From Phyllobates terribilis (lineage: Eukaryota), in the NCBI RefSeq assembly GCF_046119375.1, contig NW_027362762.1:190092001-190156000 (forward strand): a DNA stretch of 64,000 bases, in the 5' to 3' direction. A program made the translations under genes and the position numbers. How positions within the stretch are numbered: the stretch's first letter is position 1; each line of letters starts with the position of its first letter. This document shows, piece by piece, positions 1-12,650 of the stretch. The notes under the pieces were generated by a model, which was not told where the DNA came from, did not search any database, and saw only the letters and a program-made list of their open reading frames with translations.

Positions 1-896
1 CGGCCCCTGTGCTTAGGGCGCGCGCGCGCGCGCTCCCCTCCTCTTAAAGGGGCCGCGCGCGCCGCCCTAAAGAGTCCCCGGCCAATGGCCGGAGGACTTC
101 ATCATATAAAAGGCACCTCCTCCAAAATGGAGGTGCCCGAGCAATGTTGTTTGCACCTGTGTCTCACCTGTGCTTCAGCCCTCAGGTCCCGTTGCCAGTT
201 ACCTGCCAGTTACCTGCCAGTTACCTGCCTGTTTCCTGCCAGTTACCTGCCTGATTCCTGCCTGAATACTTGTTACCTGTCTGCCAGTCTGAGGTCCGAC
301 GGTCTGCCTTACTACTCCTGTCAGTCTGTCTAAGGACCAGCCTGCCCGCTCACCTGGGAGCGCATATCAGCTACCTGCCTGCTTGCCTGAGGTCCGACGG
401 TCTGCCTTACTACTCCGGTCAGTCTGTCTATGGACCAGCTTGCCCGCTCACCTGGGAGCGCTTCTCCGTTACCTGCCTGCTTGCCAGCCCGGAGGCTCCG
501 TTGTCACGTGCTGTGACCACCAGCTATCTCAGAGACTCTTGCCCGCTCACCTGGGAGCGCTTCTCCGTTACCTGCCTGCCTGCCAGCCCGGAGGCTCCGC
601 CGTCACGTGCCGTGACCACCTGCTATTCCAGAGACTCTCGCTTGCTCACCTGGGAGCACCCATCTACCATCTGCCTGCTAGCCTACCCGGAGGCTCTGCC
701 ATCACAGGTCGTACCTACCCCTTACCCAGAGACTGCCCTGATCACTTGCCGTATCTCCCTGTCCGTTCACCCAGAGACTGCCCTGATCACTTGCCGTATC
801 TCCCTGTCCGTTCATCCAGAGACTGCCACCCGCTCCCTTACAAGGGCCGCCCCCTTGTATAGTAGCTCAGAGGTTCCGCCTCCCGGACCCGTTACA
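1..896 (+). mobile_element. LTR-like sequence (5' end outside window) with internal tandem subrepeats
   Basis: CCAAT (~82) and TATAAAA (~104) boxes; 11-bp, ~99-bp and 45-bp internal repeats; ends in ...CGTTACA (896), the usual LTR 3' terminus. Confidence 0.55.
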
Positions 897-999
897 GTCA
901 AGATACAAAAGAAAATATCCATTCTCTTTTCCTCCATTTTCCTACTTCTGTGAGTTCATCAAAAATATTGCAGATTATAAGACTGACCCAAGCTTTTCC

Positions 1000-1500
1000 T
1001 ACAGAGAACCCAACGACCCTGGATTATCTCCTCCTAAGTATGAGAGTCCACGTTTGAGCAACAGAAACCGCAGAGGTTCAATGTCAATGAAAAAGAATGA
1101 TATTCTTCTCACACCTACATCAACTCCAGACAAGAGCAAAGGTGAAAAGGTTGAAATCCCTAATCGTCTGTGTTCCATTCATAAGACGCCACAACCCCTA
1201 AAGAAGTGCATCGGCTTCAGAAAGAAACTGCACCAGGAACGCAGGGATCTTCTGAAAACGTTTGGGATATGTTACAGATATTATGCTTCTACTGAACACT
1301 TTGCTAAAAACTGTAAAGTTACTATTGTTTGGAGCGTGACAGTGAGGACCACATACAAGCGCTCCATCCATCCCAGCTTAACTCTGCACAGCTTACACCT
1401 TGCTAACCACTGGCTCCAGAGTGTCTGAGACAATGCTTTGAACAGAGGAAGCTGATTCCTCCTTTGAACAGAGGAAGCCCCTGTACTTCTTCGCCTCTGT
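1000..1500 (+). mobile_element. Degenerate BEL/Pao LTR-retrotransposon gag fragment
   Basis: ORF 1054-1428 contains LCSIHKTPQPLKKCIGFRKK..ERRDLLK..GICYRYYASTEHFAKNC, resembling the BEL/Pao Gag zinc-knuckle region with some Cys lost. Confidence 0.6.
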
Positions 1501-1846
1501 GTAATCTTAGACTTTGTTACTAGCTCTCAGAGCGGATCTCTGCTGTAATTACCTGTTCATTGCGAGAGGTCATACTTCAATGGAGGCTGAAGTGTCTGCT
1601 CTCTCACTTCCCCACTTATAATTAATTCCATATGTTCAATGTGAGGGTGATATGTCCCCTCCCCTTTTCTCTATGACACCAGAGATGGAACATAGGAATG
1701 ATTGTACAGAAATGTGAGTACAGTAGAGCTGTGTTTGCAATGTGCAGACAATTAATGCATATAATGTGTTCTTAGCAGAGTTGTGTGTATAATAAGCAGG
1801 CAGTATAACTGTACAGGGCAACAGAGCTGTGTGTGTGTTCTATATA

Positions 1847-3391
1847 CACTGTGTTCAGAATTATTAGGCAAATGAGTATTTTGATCACATGATACTTTTT
1901 ATACATGTTGTCCTACTCCAAGCTGCATAGGCTTGAGAGCCAACTACCAATTAAGTAAATCTGGTGATGTGCATCTCTGTAATGAGGAGGGGTGTTGACT
2001 AATGACATCAACACCCTATATAAGGTGTGCTTAATTATTAGGCAACTTACTTTCCTTTGGCAAAATGGGTCAGAAGAGAGTTTTGACGAGCTCTGAAAAG
2101 TCCAAAATTGTGAGATGTCTTGCAGAGGGATGCAGCAGTCTTGAAATTTCCAAACTTTTGAAGCGTGATCACCGAACAATCAAGCGTTTCATGGAAAATA
2201 GCCAACAAGGTCGCAAGAAGTGTGTTGGCCAAAAAGGCGCAAAATAACTGCCCATGAATTGAGGAAAATCAAGCGTGAAGCTGCCAAGATGCCATTCGCC
2301 ACCAGTTTTGCCATATTTCAGAGCTGCAACGTTACTGGAGTATCAAAAAGCACAAGGTGTGCAATACTCAGGGACATGGCCAAGGTAAGGAAGGCTGAAA
2401 AACCGCCACCTTTGAACAAGAAACATAAGATAAAACTTCAAGAATGGTTCAAGAAATATCTTAAGACTGATTTTTCAAAGGTTTTATGGACTGATGAAAT
2501 GAGAGTGACTCGTGATGGGCCAGAGGCTGGATCAGTAAAGGGCAGAGAGCTCCACTCCGACTCAGACGCCAGCAAGGTGGAGGTGGGGTACTGGTATGGG
2601 CTGGTATCATCAAAGAGAAACTTGTGGGACCTTTTCGGGTTGAGGATGGAGTGAAGCTCAACTCCCAGACCTACTGCCAGTTTCTGGAAGACAACTTCTT
2701 CAAGCAGTGATACAGGAAGAAGTCAGTATCGTTCAAGAAAAACATGATTTTCATGCAGGACAATGCGCCATCACATGCATCCAACTACTCCACAGAGTGG
2801 CTGGCCTGTAAAGGTCTAAAAGAAGAAAAAATAATGACATGGGCCCCTTGTTCACCGGATCTGAACCCCATAGAGAACCTGTGGTCCATCATAAAATGTG
2901 AGATCTACAGGGAGGGAAAACAGTACACCTCTTGGAACAGTGTCTGGGAGGCTGTGGTGGCTGCTGCACGCAATGTTGATCGAAAACAGATCAAGCAACT
3001 GACAGAATCTATGGATGGAAGGCTGTTGAGTGTCATCATAAAGAAAGGTGGCTATATTGATCACTAATTGTTTTGGTTTTTGCTTTTGCATGTCAGAAAT
3101 GTTTATTTCTAAATTTTGTGCACTGATATTGGTTTACCTGGTGAAAATAAACAAGTGAGATGAGATTATATTTGGTTTTTATTAAGTTGCCTAATAATTC
3201 GGGACAGTAATAGTTACCTGCACAAACAGATATCCTCCTAAGATAGCTAAATCTAAAAAAACTCACTCCAACTTCCAAAAATATTAAGCTTGGATATTTG
3301 AGTCTTTTGGGTTGCTTGAGAACATAGTTGTTGATCAATAATAAAAATAATCCTCTAAAATACAACTTGCCTAATAATTCGGCACACAGTG
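1847..3391 (+). mobile_element. Tc1-like DNA transposon, DD37E (TRT-like), defective
   Basis: TA flanks; TIRs CACTGTG..GAATTATTAGGCAA; inner repeats near 2034 and 3187; transposase pieces 2065-3067 ([20 protein letters not shown]; 37 residues between D and E) broken by frameshifts and stops. Confidence 0.9.
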
Positions 3392-3599
3392 TACTCCTTA
3401 CCCAATACACACACAGCTCAGCCACCTCAGTACACGGGCTGCCAGATTTTTTTATTGGATAGCACACAGACTCATATGGCCCAATTCATCAAAGCTTTCA
3501 CGTCAGAATTAAGGTGTAAAAGATTGGCAGTGTCACAAAACTTAGGTGCAACTCAGACTTGTGCCTAAATTGTGTATGTAAACTTTTGACTTTGCAGTA

Positions 3600-3775
3600 A
3601 GTAATAAAAATACATTAAAACATTCTGTCTCTCTCTCATTATTCTGCCATTTGGTAAATATTTAAAATTCTGGTAATCCTAATTGACCTAAAACGGGAAA
3701 GGTTTATTCTGATTTCATGTCAGATATTCAAAGAAACATGCATGTGTGTCTTTTTATATAGTGTGTGTAAACTTG
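3600..3775. mobile_element. Tc1 (Sleeping-Beauty-like) TIR fragment
   Basis: Ends in TATAGTGTGTGTAAACTT, close to the reverse complement of the AAGTTTACATACAC IR/DR motif. Confidence 0.45.
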
Positions 3776-3870
3776 TGTGTGATATTTGTGTGATCCGTAT
3801 GAGTGATCCATGAGTGTGATCCGTATGAGTGATCCGTATGTGTGATATTTGTGTGATCTGTATGTGTGAT
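3776..3870. repeat. Degenerate ~13-bp minisatellite (GTGATCCGTATGA)n
   Basis: About 6-7 imperfect copies visible. Confidence 0.7.
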
Positions 3871-3949
3871 CTATCACACACATTAGCTATCATTGCTCTT
3901 TGTTTGCAGCACTCGCTCTTTCTCTCCACTGACTGAGGACCTAGTCATT

Positions 3950-4143
3950 GGGACGTGATGACGTCACTGGTCACGCTGACATGTTATTACGTCAGCCCCG
4001 GAAGTGATGTTGGGCAGAGTGTGTCTTCTCGAAGCTGCCGCTCGGAGCGACCCGGGGAAACGGGCCGGCTGTTCTCGGTGACCCGTGCAGAGTGCGGCCA
4101 CCAGCGGAGCCGCCCCGCCCTAACTCCGGAGCCGCAGGGCTGG
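3950..4143 (+). promoter_or_regulatory. DNAJC14: DNAJC14 CpG-island promoter and probable non-coding exon 1
   Basis: TGACGTCA 3959-3966, TTACGTCA 3987-3994, CCGGAAGTG 3998-4006; CpG-rich; donor TGG|GTAAGG at 4144. TSS not determinable. Confidence 0.65.
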
Positions 4144-7100
4144 GTAAGGAGCTCCGTGCACACTATCCGGGGGGCCACCCATCCAGTCACCTCATACACC
4201 GACCTGACCCTGCTCCTCACTGTGCCCCATCGTACTTGGCTACAGCGGTGTCGCTGGGGCTGAGGTGGGACGAGTGACAGACTGCTGCTGGTCATGGCGA
4301 GCTCCAGGCAGTCACGTCCATACACATCACCTTCCCCTCACTATGCAGGGCCGCACGGGGCAGAGGCAGATAATGCCCCCCATATGGAGCTGGCTGTCAG
4401 CCTATAGGGATTGAGACCCCTATGTGTGCTCCCACATAGGGGCCATATGTCACCTCCGCAGGGGGCTGATTTTAAGGTATCTAGTGTTACCCCAAATGTG
4501 CATCAGCCCTGGTCCACAGCTGCGGTTACATGGCGTCTCCAGTCTGCAGCCGCCACGGCCAGTCACAGGTGTGTCCGATGTGGACGTCTGGTGTGAAGCT
4601 ACATGCGTGTGACGGCGGTGCGGTCCTTGACACGCGTGTCACAGCGGTGCATAAAGAAAAAAACGTATGTCTCACATTACACTGCAGCTAATCGTCTGTC
4701 AGCGTACGGTCACACGGGGCAGCTACCACCAGAAACATCTGCTGTGGCAAATCTGCACCACATTGTTTTTCTCTGCGCAGATCTGTCTGTGAATTTGCTG
4801 TTGCAGATAGGATAAAGTACAAATAAACCCAAGCCGCGCTTCCATGGCTCCCCGGCCGGGTCTCCTGACAGTCTCAATATATCCCCACCTACACAACTGC
4901 CAATCAGTGGTGGGTTACACAGGGTTCATGAATATGGAGGACTACATGGCAGCAGGTTTACAAGTCCTCTAGTGATAATCTCCTGCTGATAAAACTGATT
5001 TTTATCAAAACTACAACAGGCAGCCCAGTAAGAGCATCTGGCATATCACTGTGTACAGCAGCCATCGTAGAAGCTAGATCAGAGATTACTGACAGTAACA
5101 TCGTGCAAAGGTTAAAACTGGTGACCATCGCAGCATGCAAGTGGTGTAGTAATCAGATGGTGTTATTCCTCGTGTACACACGACGACGTGTTCTGAGCAG
5201 TCACCTGCAATGACGAGTACGCTTTACATCGGATGTCAGAGATTTCTGCATGTAAAATTGACTTGCTACGTCAGCTTCTGTTTATCGTTTTCTGTGCCAT
5301 ACACTATGTATTCCTCTAATGGTGTCTGCAGGGCATTGTGGGAAGAGAAAAAACAAAAACTTCCAGTTCTTACTATCTTTAAGGTCTCGTTTTTGCTAAT
5401 AGATGGCGATGAGATTTTTTTTTTTCTTTTCTGCAAATACGCTAGCTGATTTGCAAAATCCACATTCTCAGCTGTAACATTCAGATTTTGCTTTGGATTT
5501 ACCCCTGCTACATTGAAAGGTCAAAATGGGGTGAATCCTCAGCAAAACTCACATACACCTGCCGCATGTGGACCCCAACTTATTGGCAAATCGATGAGGT
5601 GAATATTAACATTTTGGCTCATGAATAGTTATTAGTAATGTCAATCCCTTTTATAATAGAGTCCTGGAGCGTTGATTTTAACTTCCCCACAATCCCTTGC
5701 AAACACCATGAGCAGAACATATACTATTTCCATTGGTGATGTCTCAGCATATCCTGACATACACAGCTATGGTTACACCATCTATCTATATGGGAAGTTG
5801 CGTGTCTAGGTCGCAGCGAGTTTATATAACATGGTATAATTAATGAAATGTCTTTGTGAATGGGGTAGGACCAATTTCATATTTCCTGGAACAGATCTTT
5901 AGTTCTGTAAGACTGTCAGTAAAGTCTCTGGGCCTGGAGGAATGCTGGTTTGGCCAGACACATCAGTGAGCTAAGGCTCTGCTTCTGGTTAGGATACTGA
6001 TCCAGTATATGTCATTAGAGCTGTATGAGCTAAATGTGTCAGGATCCGGAGTAACACAGCAAAAAATAAACCCCCAGTGTAAGTTGTGTGGAAACATAAA
6101 TATCCATAGTCTTAAAATCCCTGGCACAGCAACCAGGGATTGGTAGACGGTGTGAAAAACGGGTCTATTTTCATCCTGTGGGCTGTGGTGCCTGTAAGCT
6201 AAGGTTCCGATCCCACTATTTATCCACACTCCATCTCATTCAAAAAGGATCCACAAGAAAAGCCCCTCTCTATATGTGAGCTGGCTATAATATCCAGCTG
6301 GGTAACACAACTGGGGGCGGAGATGGCTCAGATCACAGCTGTTTAAGGGGAGTTTATTCAGAACAAAGTGACCAGCACAAGTGCTGTGTACACAGGGGGC
6401 CAAGCAGTTCAGAGCACCTTTCCTCCTACTTTTATTGTTTTTTTTTTATATATAGATCGGTCCTTCTGGCTCCTGTAAGCCAGAAATGTCAGTCAAAGGC
6501 AAAGGGGGCGTAAATCAATGTAAAAGGTGGGAAGGTGCACTAAACTGCTCAAGCAGGTGCTCCTTGCGTGGCTGAGTGGTCACTTTGTGATGACAGACTT
6601 CCTTTAACCCCTTTAGATGTTCTGGTCACTAGCAATTGTGGCATCTAAGTGGTTGACAGGGCAAATCATGTGCATGTTAGAGCAGTGTAATATATAGGTG
6701 AGCAAGCATGATCAAATCTCCAAGTAGGACTAAGAAAATATCTTAAGCAAACGTTAGAAAATATAAGCAAAAGTTGTAGCCTTGCACAAGCCTGGCAGGC
6801 TCCAGCTCTCTACCATTCCACCTTTACCTCATTTCTTCCATCTGTCTAACCCCCACCTTTACACCTCATGATGAGTGTGGATTCGGTGGGCTCAGTACAT
6901 CTATAGTGCAAGTTTCATTAGCTAGCAGCAACCTTTATCTGCAACTTGCTTCAACTATTTCTGCCTAGATCACCTTTTCTACTGTTCAAGCACTTGGCAT
7001 ATTGTCATGTTAGGTTTTTGTCTACGGAAAAAAAAATCCCTTTCCCATCATAAAATTCTTTGTGTAACAAAAACAAACTATGATGGTAGGTATGAAAAAT

Positions 7101-7467
7101 AAAAAAAATGGTATTTCTGTAATCATTCTGAATTGCAAAATAAAGTTAAAGGGGTTGTCCACTACAAGGAGAACCCCTTCTTGATCTAAATGTTTGGTCC
7201 CGATAAAATAAAAAAAGCTTATACTCCCCTTCCGTGCTGGCGCCTTCCCAGCACCTTATTTTATCAGGGCCAAGTTTGGGGTATGACAAGGAATTGTCCA
7301 AGTAGTGGTTATAATGTTATTTCTGATACATAGTGAACACCATGAAAACAATGCGCCAGTAGAATGACTAACAAAATCTATCTGATTCTTGTTTGTCCTG
7401 CAGGATTAAGGGAGGACAATGAATGCAGTAACCTAGCATCTACAGTGCCCCATTGGTGGGGCAGAAG

Positions 7468-8865
7468 ATGGAGAAGCAAATTAGTACAGAGAGTGGTAGA
7501 CTGGCCACTCCAGTACACTCTTATTGCAATAACTCCCATGAAAGGAATGGCACACACCAATCTGGACCAGGAAACTACTGTGGCCTTTCTGCTTGCGGAC
7601 ATGTAAAACATGCATTTGAACACATTGGTGACGGATCGCCAGACACAGTATCAGAGATGTTCAGGAACCATCAGTCTTTTGTGCCTAAGCACAGTTGCTT
7701 CCATGATTCTGATGGAGCTCCTCAGCTTTCAGAAATGGCTAGTGAGGTGTGGACTAAGGAATTTCTCTCTGGTGAAGCATCTGGATACAATATTACGGAA
7801 TTTCCTGAAGAACCAAAACATCTACAAGAAACTACAGCTTACGAAGGTCAAGAATCACCACAATTGGTCAACTCTGATTGTGACTGTTTTAGTGGTGGCA
7901 CGTACTCTGATATTGGCCACCATACTTGTAGCCAGGACTGCCAGCATTTTTCTTGCTACCAGCAGCAGTCATTGAATGAGGATGGAGGTGAAGAGGAAAT
8001 TTCTAGCAGATTTGCAGAGGATGATTCTTCCAAAGGAATAAGTGGTAGAAAAGGTCGTAGAGGAAAATCCCGGAATAGTTCCAGGGACGAGTCCAAAAAG
8101 GACGCTCGACAAGCTCCAGCTAGCGGCAAGCACAAACTTGGTCGCAAAAAAAATCACGGGGATGGGAGACACCAGCTGAGATCCCTTGTTCCTCAGCCAT
8201 TGCTTCAGTTTTCTAATTATTGTATTCAGGTTCTTATCGATTTGGTGCTGTTGATCGGTGAATGTGTGGAGTCACTCGGCATGCTGTTGTATACGACGGT
8301 TTGGCTTCCTGCTCACGACTTGGGCAGTTTCAGAAGTCAAATATTGACCTTTGGATTATGGGTAAAACATTGTGCTAAAGATTTTTGGGTCCTCGTTTGC
8401 TATTGTGGATCATGGATTTTACGTGTTCTTAAGATGTTGTTTGCTTTGCTCTTCCTGCTGCTTATGCTTTCTGTGCGCTGCGCTCGACTTTGTTGGCAGT
8501 ATATTAAGAAAACCGTGGACAGAGTTGGAGAAGATAGCAACTGGAGATCCTGGATTTCTACTAGACTGCATACAATCTGGGCCTTAGTAACACAAAACAG
8601 GACTTGTAAGCGTTTAGTCAGTCAGTTCAGAAGATGGACAGGGAAATTATGGCCTTCCAAATTAACTACACAAAAAGAATCTCCATGGACCTCAGCGGGA
8701 TCTCCCAGCACGGGAGGCCGCTTCCCGCCCAGACATGAAGTGGAACGATTGCTGTCTATGGTTAATATTCCTGAGGAGGATTTAAATCCATTTCAAGTGT
8801 TGGGAGTAGAGATGGACGCTAGTGATGTAGAGCTTAAAAAAGCTTACAGACAGCTGGCCGTGTTG
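7468..8865 (+). CDS. DNAJC14: DnaJ homolog subfamily C member 14, coding exon 1 (acceptor at 7403, ATG at 7468)
   Basis: 466 codons with TM region and start of J-domain (LNPFQVLGVEMDASDVELKKAYRQLAVL); donor TTG|GTGAGT at 8866. Confidence 0.95.
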
Positions 8866-9689
8866 GTGAGTATTAATTTTTTTTTGTTAATGTATCAGTG
8901 GATGAGGATTTATTTTTTTTAAAAACATTTTGCTAAAGAGGTGTTTTTCGCTTAAAAAAATTGGTAATATAGCTAATATTATAAACTTGCCCATAGATGA
9001 CCATATGACCTAGGGTATATCAGTGCGGCATATCTTAAGTGTGTGACTAAACGAAACCAAACCAATGCATCTAAACAGCTTGTCCACGGCTCCTGAGTAC
9101 TGCATAAATGACAAAAAAAAAATCTATATTTGCCTCCTGGACCAACACTGCTCTTCGGCTCTTGGCCATGTTCCCCTGCCGGTCTCCTCACGTAAACTCA
9201 CAGGACTGCTGCAGACAGTTGGTGATCACTGATCAGCAGCAGCCTGCTAAGTTCTGTCCAAGCAGAAGAACAGTTTTTCTTCCACTCGGGATGAAAATGT
9301 GAATACTTGATTGGATTGTATACAGAGTAGTGTCAGCTGGGAGTGTGAAGTGTCTTAAGATCCTCACGGCAGCCGCTTAAAAACTCTGCCTGCCTCTTGA
9401 TTGATGTCTACTGCAATATGTCCCTGAAGATCACATGGGAGGGTTTAGTAAGAGCTGTCGCCGAAAGCTCACACTTTTCAGATAGAACACCTAGCGGACA
9501 TTTAAAGGGGTTCTCCAGTAGAAAAAAAATAACTAAAAATATTTAGTAATATATTTATGACAGACCTTTCCTTTTAGTTATTTAGTCACACTTGTTTTGT
9601 GTAGGGAGGTAATCACTATAGAATTAAAAAAGCTATTGCCTTACAACACTGATAAAAGTTTCCTAGAATGCTATTAGTACAGGTGCCTG

Positions 9690-9972
9690 TGAGCATGTGC
9701 AGTAGGAAGCTTCAACCACCTCTTTGTGTAGGAAGACGTGCCGTCAGTGGATATTCTGAGCTATACTGGAGATACCAGGGGTGCTGAAGTAAGAGGCTGC
9801 TCACACTGCTGTCCACCCTGTCTATCTGATCTATACTGGAGATATCATGTGTACTAAGGTAAGAGGATGCTCACACTGCTGTCCACCCTGTCTCTCTGAC
9901 CTAATACTGGATATACCAGATGTGCTGAGGCAAGAAGAGGCTGCTCACACTGCTATTTACCTTGTCTGTCTG
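9690..9972. repeat. Dispersed repeat containing three ~70-bp tandem units
   Basis: CTATACTGGAGATACCAGGGG..GCTCACACTGCTGTCCACCCTG units at 9761, 9831 and 9901; same family at 50305-50539. Confidence 0.8.
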
Positions 9973-11044
9973 CATTCACTATACATGATATAGATTATCT
10001 CCAATTCAAATCAGCGGAGCTTTCTTCTGCACATGCTCAGTCACCTATCCTAACATTTTAGGACCAATTTGTCAGTATAGCAAAGGGGTGGCTATTTTAA
10101 TTCTATACTGATTACATCTATTGGCAAAACCAAGTGTGATTCACTTATTAAAAGTATTTAGGAATTTATTCATTATGATATTTCCATTATTTTTTTCTAT
10201 TCCTAGAGAATTCCTTAGAGATTGTCTGGCCTTAAGCTACAAGTCTGCAGTCACTCTAAGTAACTGCAGACTTGTGAACTCTCACATCGTGTACGCTGTG
10301 AGGATTCTCAGGTGTCGGCAGTGGGTGATTGCCCACAACTATGTGATTTGCATACATGTGATCACGTGCAGAATAGATGGGCATGGCTTCGCTCAATACA
10401 AGTGTATTGCCCGAGGCCGGAAACACAGCCTAGTTGGAACGTGGCTAGAAGTATGCAAATCACATTTATGGTCACATGACCGCTTGCTCTTGGCGCCGGA
10501 GGATCTTTGCAGTGCTTCTGATGTGAGGATTCACCAGTTTGGGGTTTGACTGCACACCTGTAGTCTAGAATCTACAATCCTTTAATGAATTATTAGCGTA
10601 TGGCGTGAATGAATGAAAGATAAATTTTCTCCAATATGCTTGGTCTATGATAGGTGCTGGGGAATAAAATGCATAAATCCCCCGTTTTTTTTAATTTTAT
10701 TTAGTTGTGGTAAACGTTTATGGGGCTCCAGAGCATATTAGGAGCCTGACAATAAGATTTCCCAGGAATACATTTCTAGATGCATTGGCTGTGGGATTTG
10801 ACCAGCCCTCTTGTGCAGTATTTCAACAGACTTGAAACTATTACAGACTACTGCTTCACTCCAGAGACCGCATAGGAGAAGAGGTAATATGAGACTAAGC
10901 TGCACTTGTAAATGGATATGACAACACATATATTCAAAAAGCGCATAAATATTCACTTTGGCTAGAGACATATTGATGTCAATCTCTCCATTAGTTTAAG
11001 AAAAAGTGAAGGGAGTGGGTTACTCAAATATTAGTACCTATATA

Positions 11045-12650
11045 CTGTACAGACCAAAAGTTTGGACACACCTCATTTAAAGATTTTTCTGTATTTTCAT
11101 TACTATGAAAATTGTACATTCACACTGAAGGCATCAAAACTATGAATTAACACATGTGGAATTATATACTTAACAAAAAAGTGTGAAACAACTGAAAATG
11201 TCTTATATTCTAGGTTCTTCAAAGTATCCACCTTTTGCTTTGATGACTGCTTTGCACACTCTTGGCATTCTCTTGATGAGCTTCAAGGGGTAGTCACCGG
11301 AAATGGTTTTCACTTCACAGGTGTGCCCTGTCAGGTTTAGTAAGTGGGATTTCTTGCCTTATAAATGGGGTTGGGACCATCAGTTGTGTTGTGCAGAAGT
11401 CTGGTGGAAACACAGCTGATAGTCCTACTGAATAGACTGTTAGAAATTGTATTATGGCAAGAAAAAAGCAGCTAAGTAAAGAAAAGCAAGTGGCCATCAT
11501 TACTTTAAGAAATGAAGGTCAGTCAGTGCGAAAAATTGGGCAAACTTTGAAAGTGTCCCCAAGTGCAGTTGCAAAAACCATATCAAGCGCTACAAAGAAA
11601 CTGGCTCACATGAGGACTGCCTCAGGAAAGGAAGACCAAGAGTCACCTCTGCTTCTGAGGATAAGTTTATCCGAGTCACCAGCCTCAGAAATCGCAGGTC
11701 AACAGCAGCTCAGATTAGAGACCAGGTCAATGCCACACAGAGTTCTAGCAGCAGACACATCTCTACAACAACTGTTAAGAGGAGACTTTGTGCAGCAGGC
11801 CTTCATGGTAAAATAGCTGCTAGGAAACAACTGCTAAGGACAGAAGAGACTTGTTTGGGCTAAAGAACACAAAGAATGGACATTAGACCAGTGGAAATCT
11901 GTGCTTTGGTCTGATGAGTCCAAATTTGAGATCTTTGGTTCCAACCACCGTGTCTTTGTGCGACGCAGAAAAGGTGAACGGATGGACTCTACATGCCTGG
12001 TTCCCACCGTGAAGCATGGAGGAGGAGGTGTGATGGTGCTTTGCTGGTGACACTGTTGGGGATTTATTCAAAATTGAAGGCATACTGAACCAGCATGGCT
12101 ACCACAGCATCTTGCAGCGGCATGCTATTCCATCCGGTTTGCGTTTAGTTGGACCATCATTTATTTTTCAACAGGACAATGACCCCAAACACACCTCCAG
12201 GCTGTGTAAGGGCTATTTGACCAAGAAGGAGAGTGATGGGGTGCTACGCCAGATGACTTGGCCTCCACAGTCACCAGACCTGAACCCAATCGAGATGGTT
12301 TGGGGTGAACTGGACCGCAGAGTGAAGGCAAAAGGGCCAACAAGTGCTAAGCATCTCTGGGAACTCCTTCAAGATTGTTGGAAGACCATTTCCGGTGACT
12401 ACCTCTTGAAGCTCATCAAGAGAATGCCAAGAGTGTGCAAAGCAGTCATCAAGGCAAAAGGTGGCTACTTCGAAGAACCTAGAATATAAGACATTTTCAG
12501 TTGTTTCACACTTTTTTGTTAAGTATATAATTCCACATGTGTTAATTCATAGTTTTGATGCCTTCAGTGTGAATGTACAATTTTCATAGTCACGAAAATA
12601 CAGAAAAATCTTTAAATGAGAAGGTGTGTCCAAACTTTTGGTCTGTACTG
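11045..12650 (+). mobile_element. Tc1-like transposon, DD38E (Intruder-like), defective
   Basis: TA flanks; ~180-200 bp TIRs (CAGTACAGACCAAAAGTTTGGACAC); transposase 11454-12489 ([19 protein letters not shown]; 38 residues between D and E) with a frameshift and small deletions. Confidence 0.92.

Noticed and set aside
270-953. 227-aa and 159-aa ORFs
   Set aside because: Products of stop-poor LTR tandem repeats; no recognisable domain
7453-8922. 489-aa single-exon ORF
   Set aside because: The TTG start is unlikely (ATG at 7468), and the tail VSINFFLL.. is read-through past the GTGAGT donor
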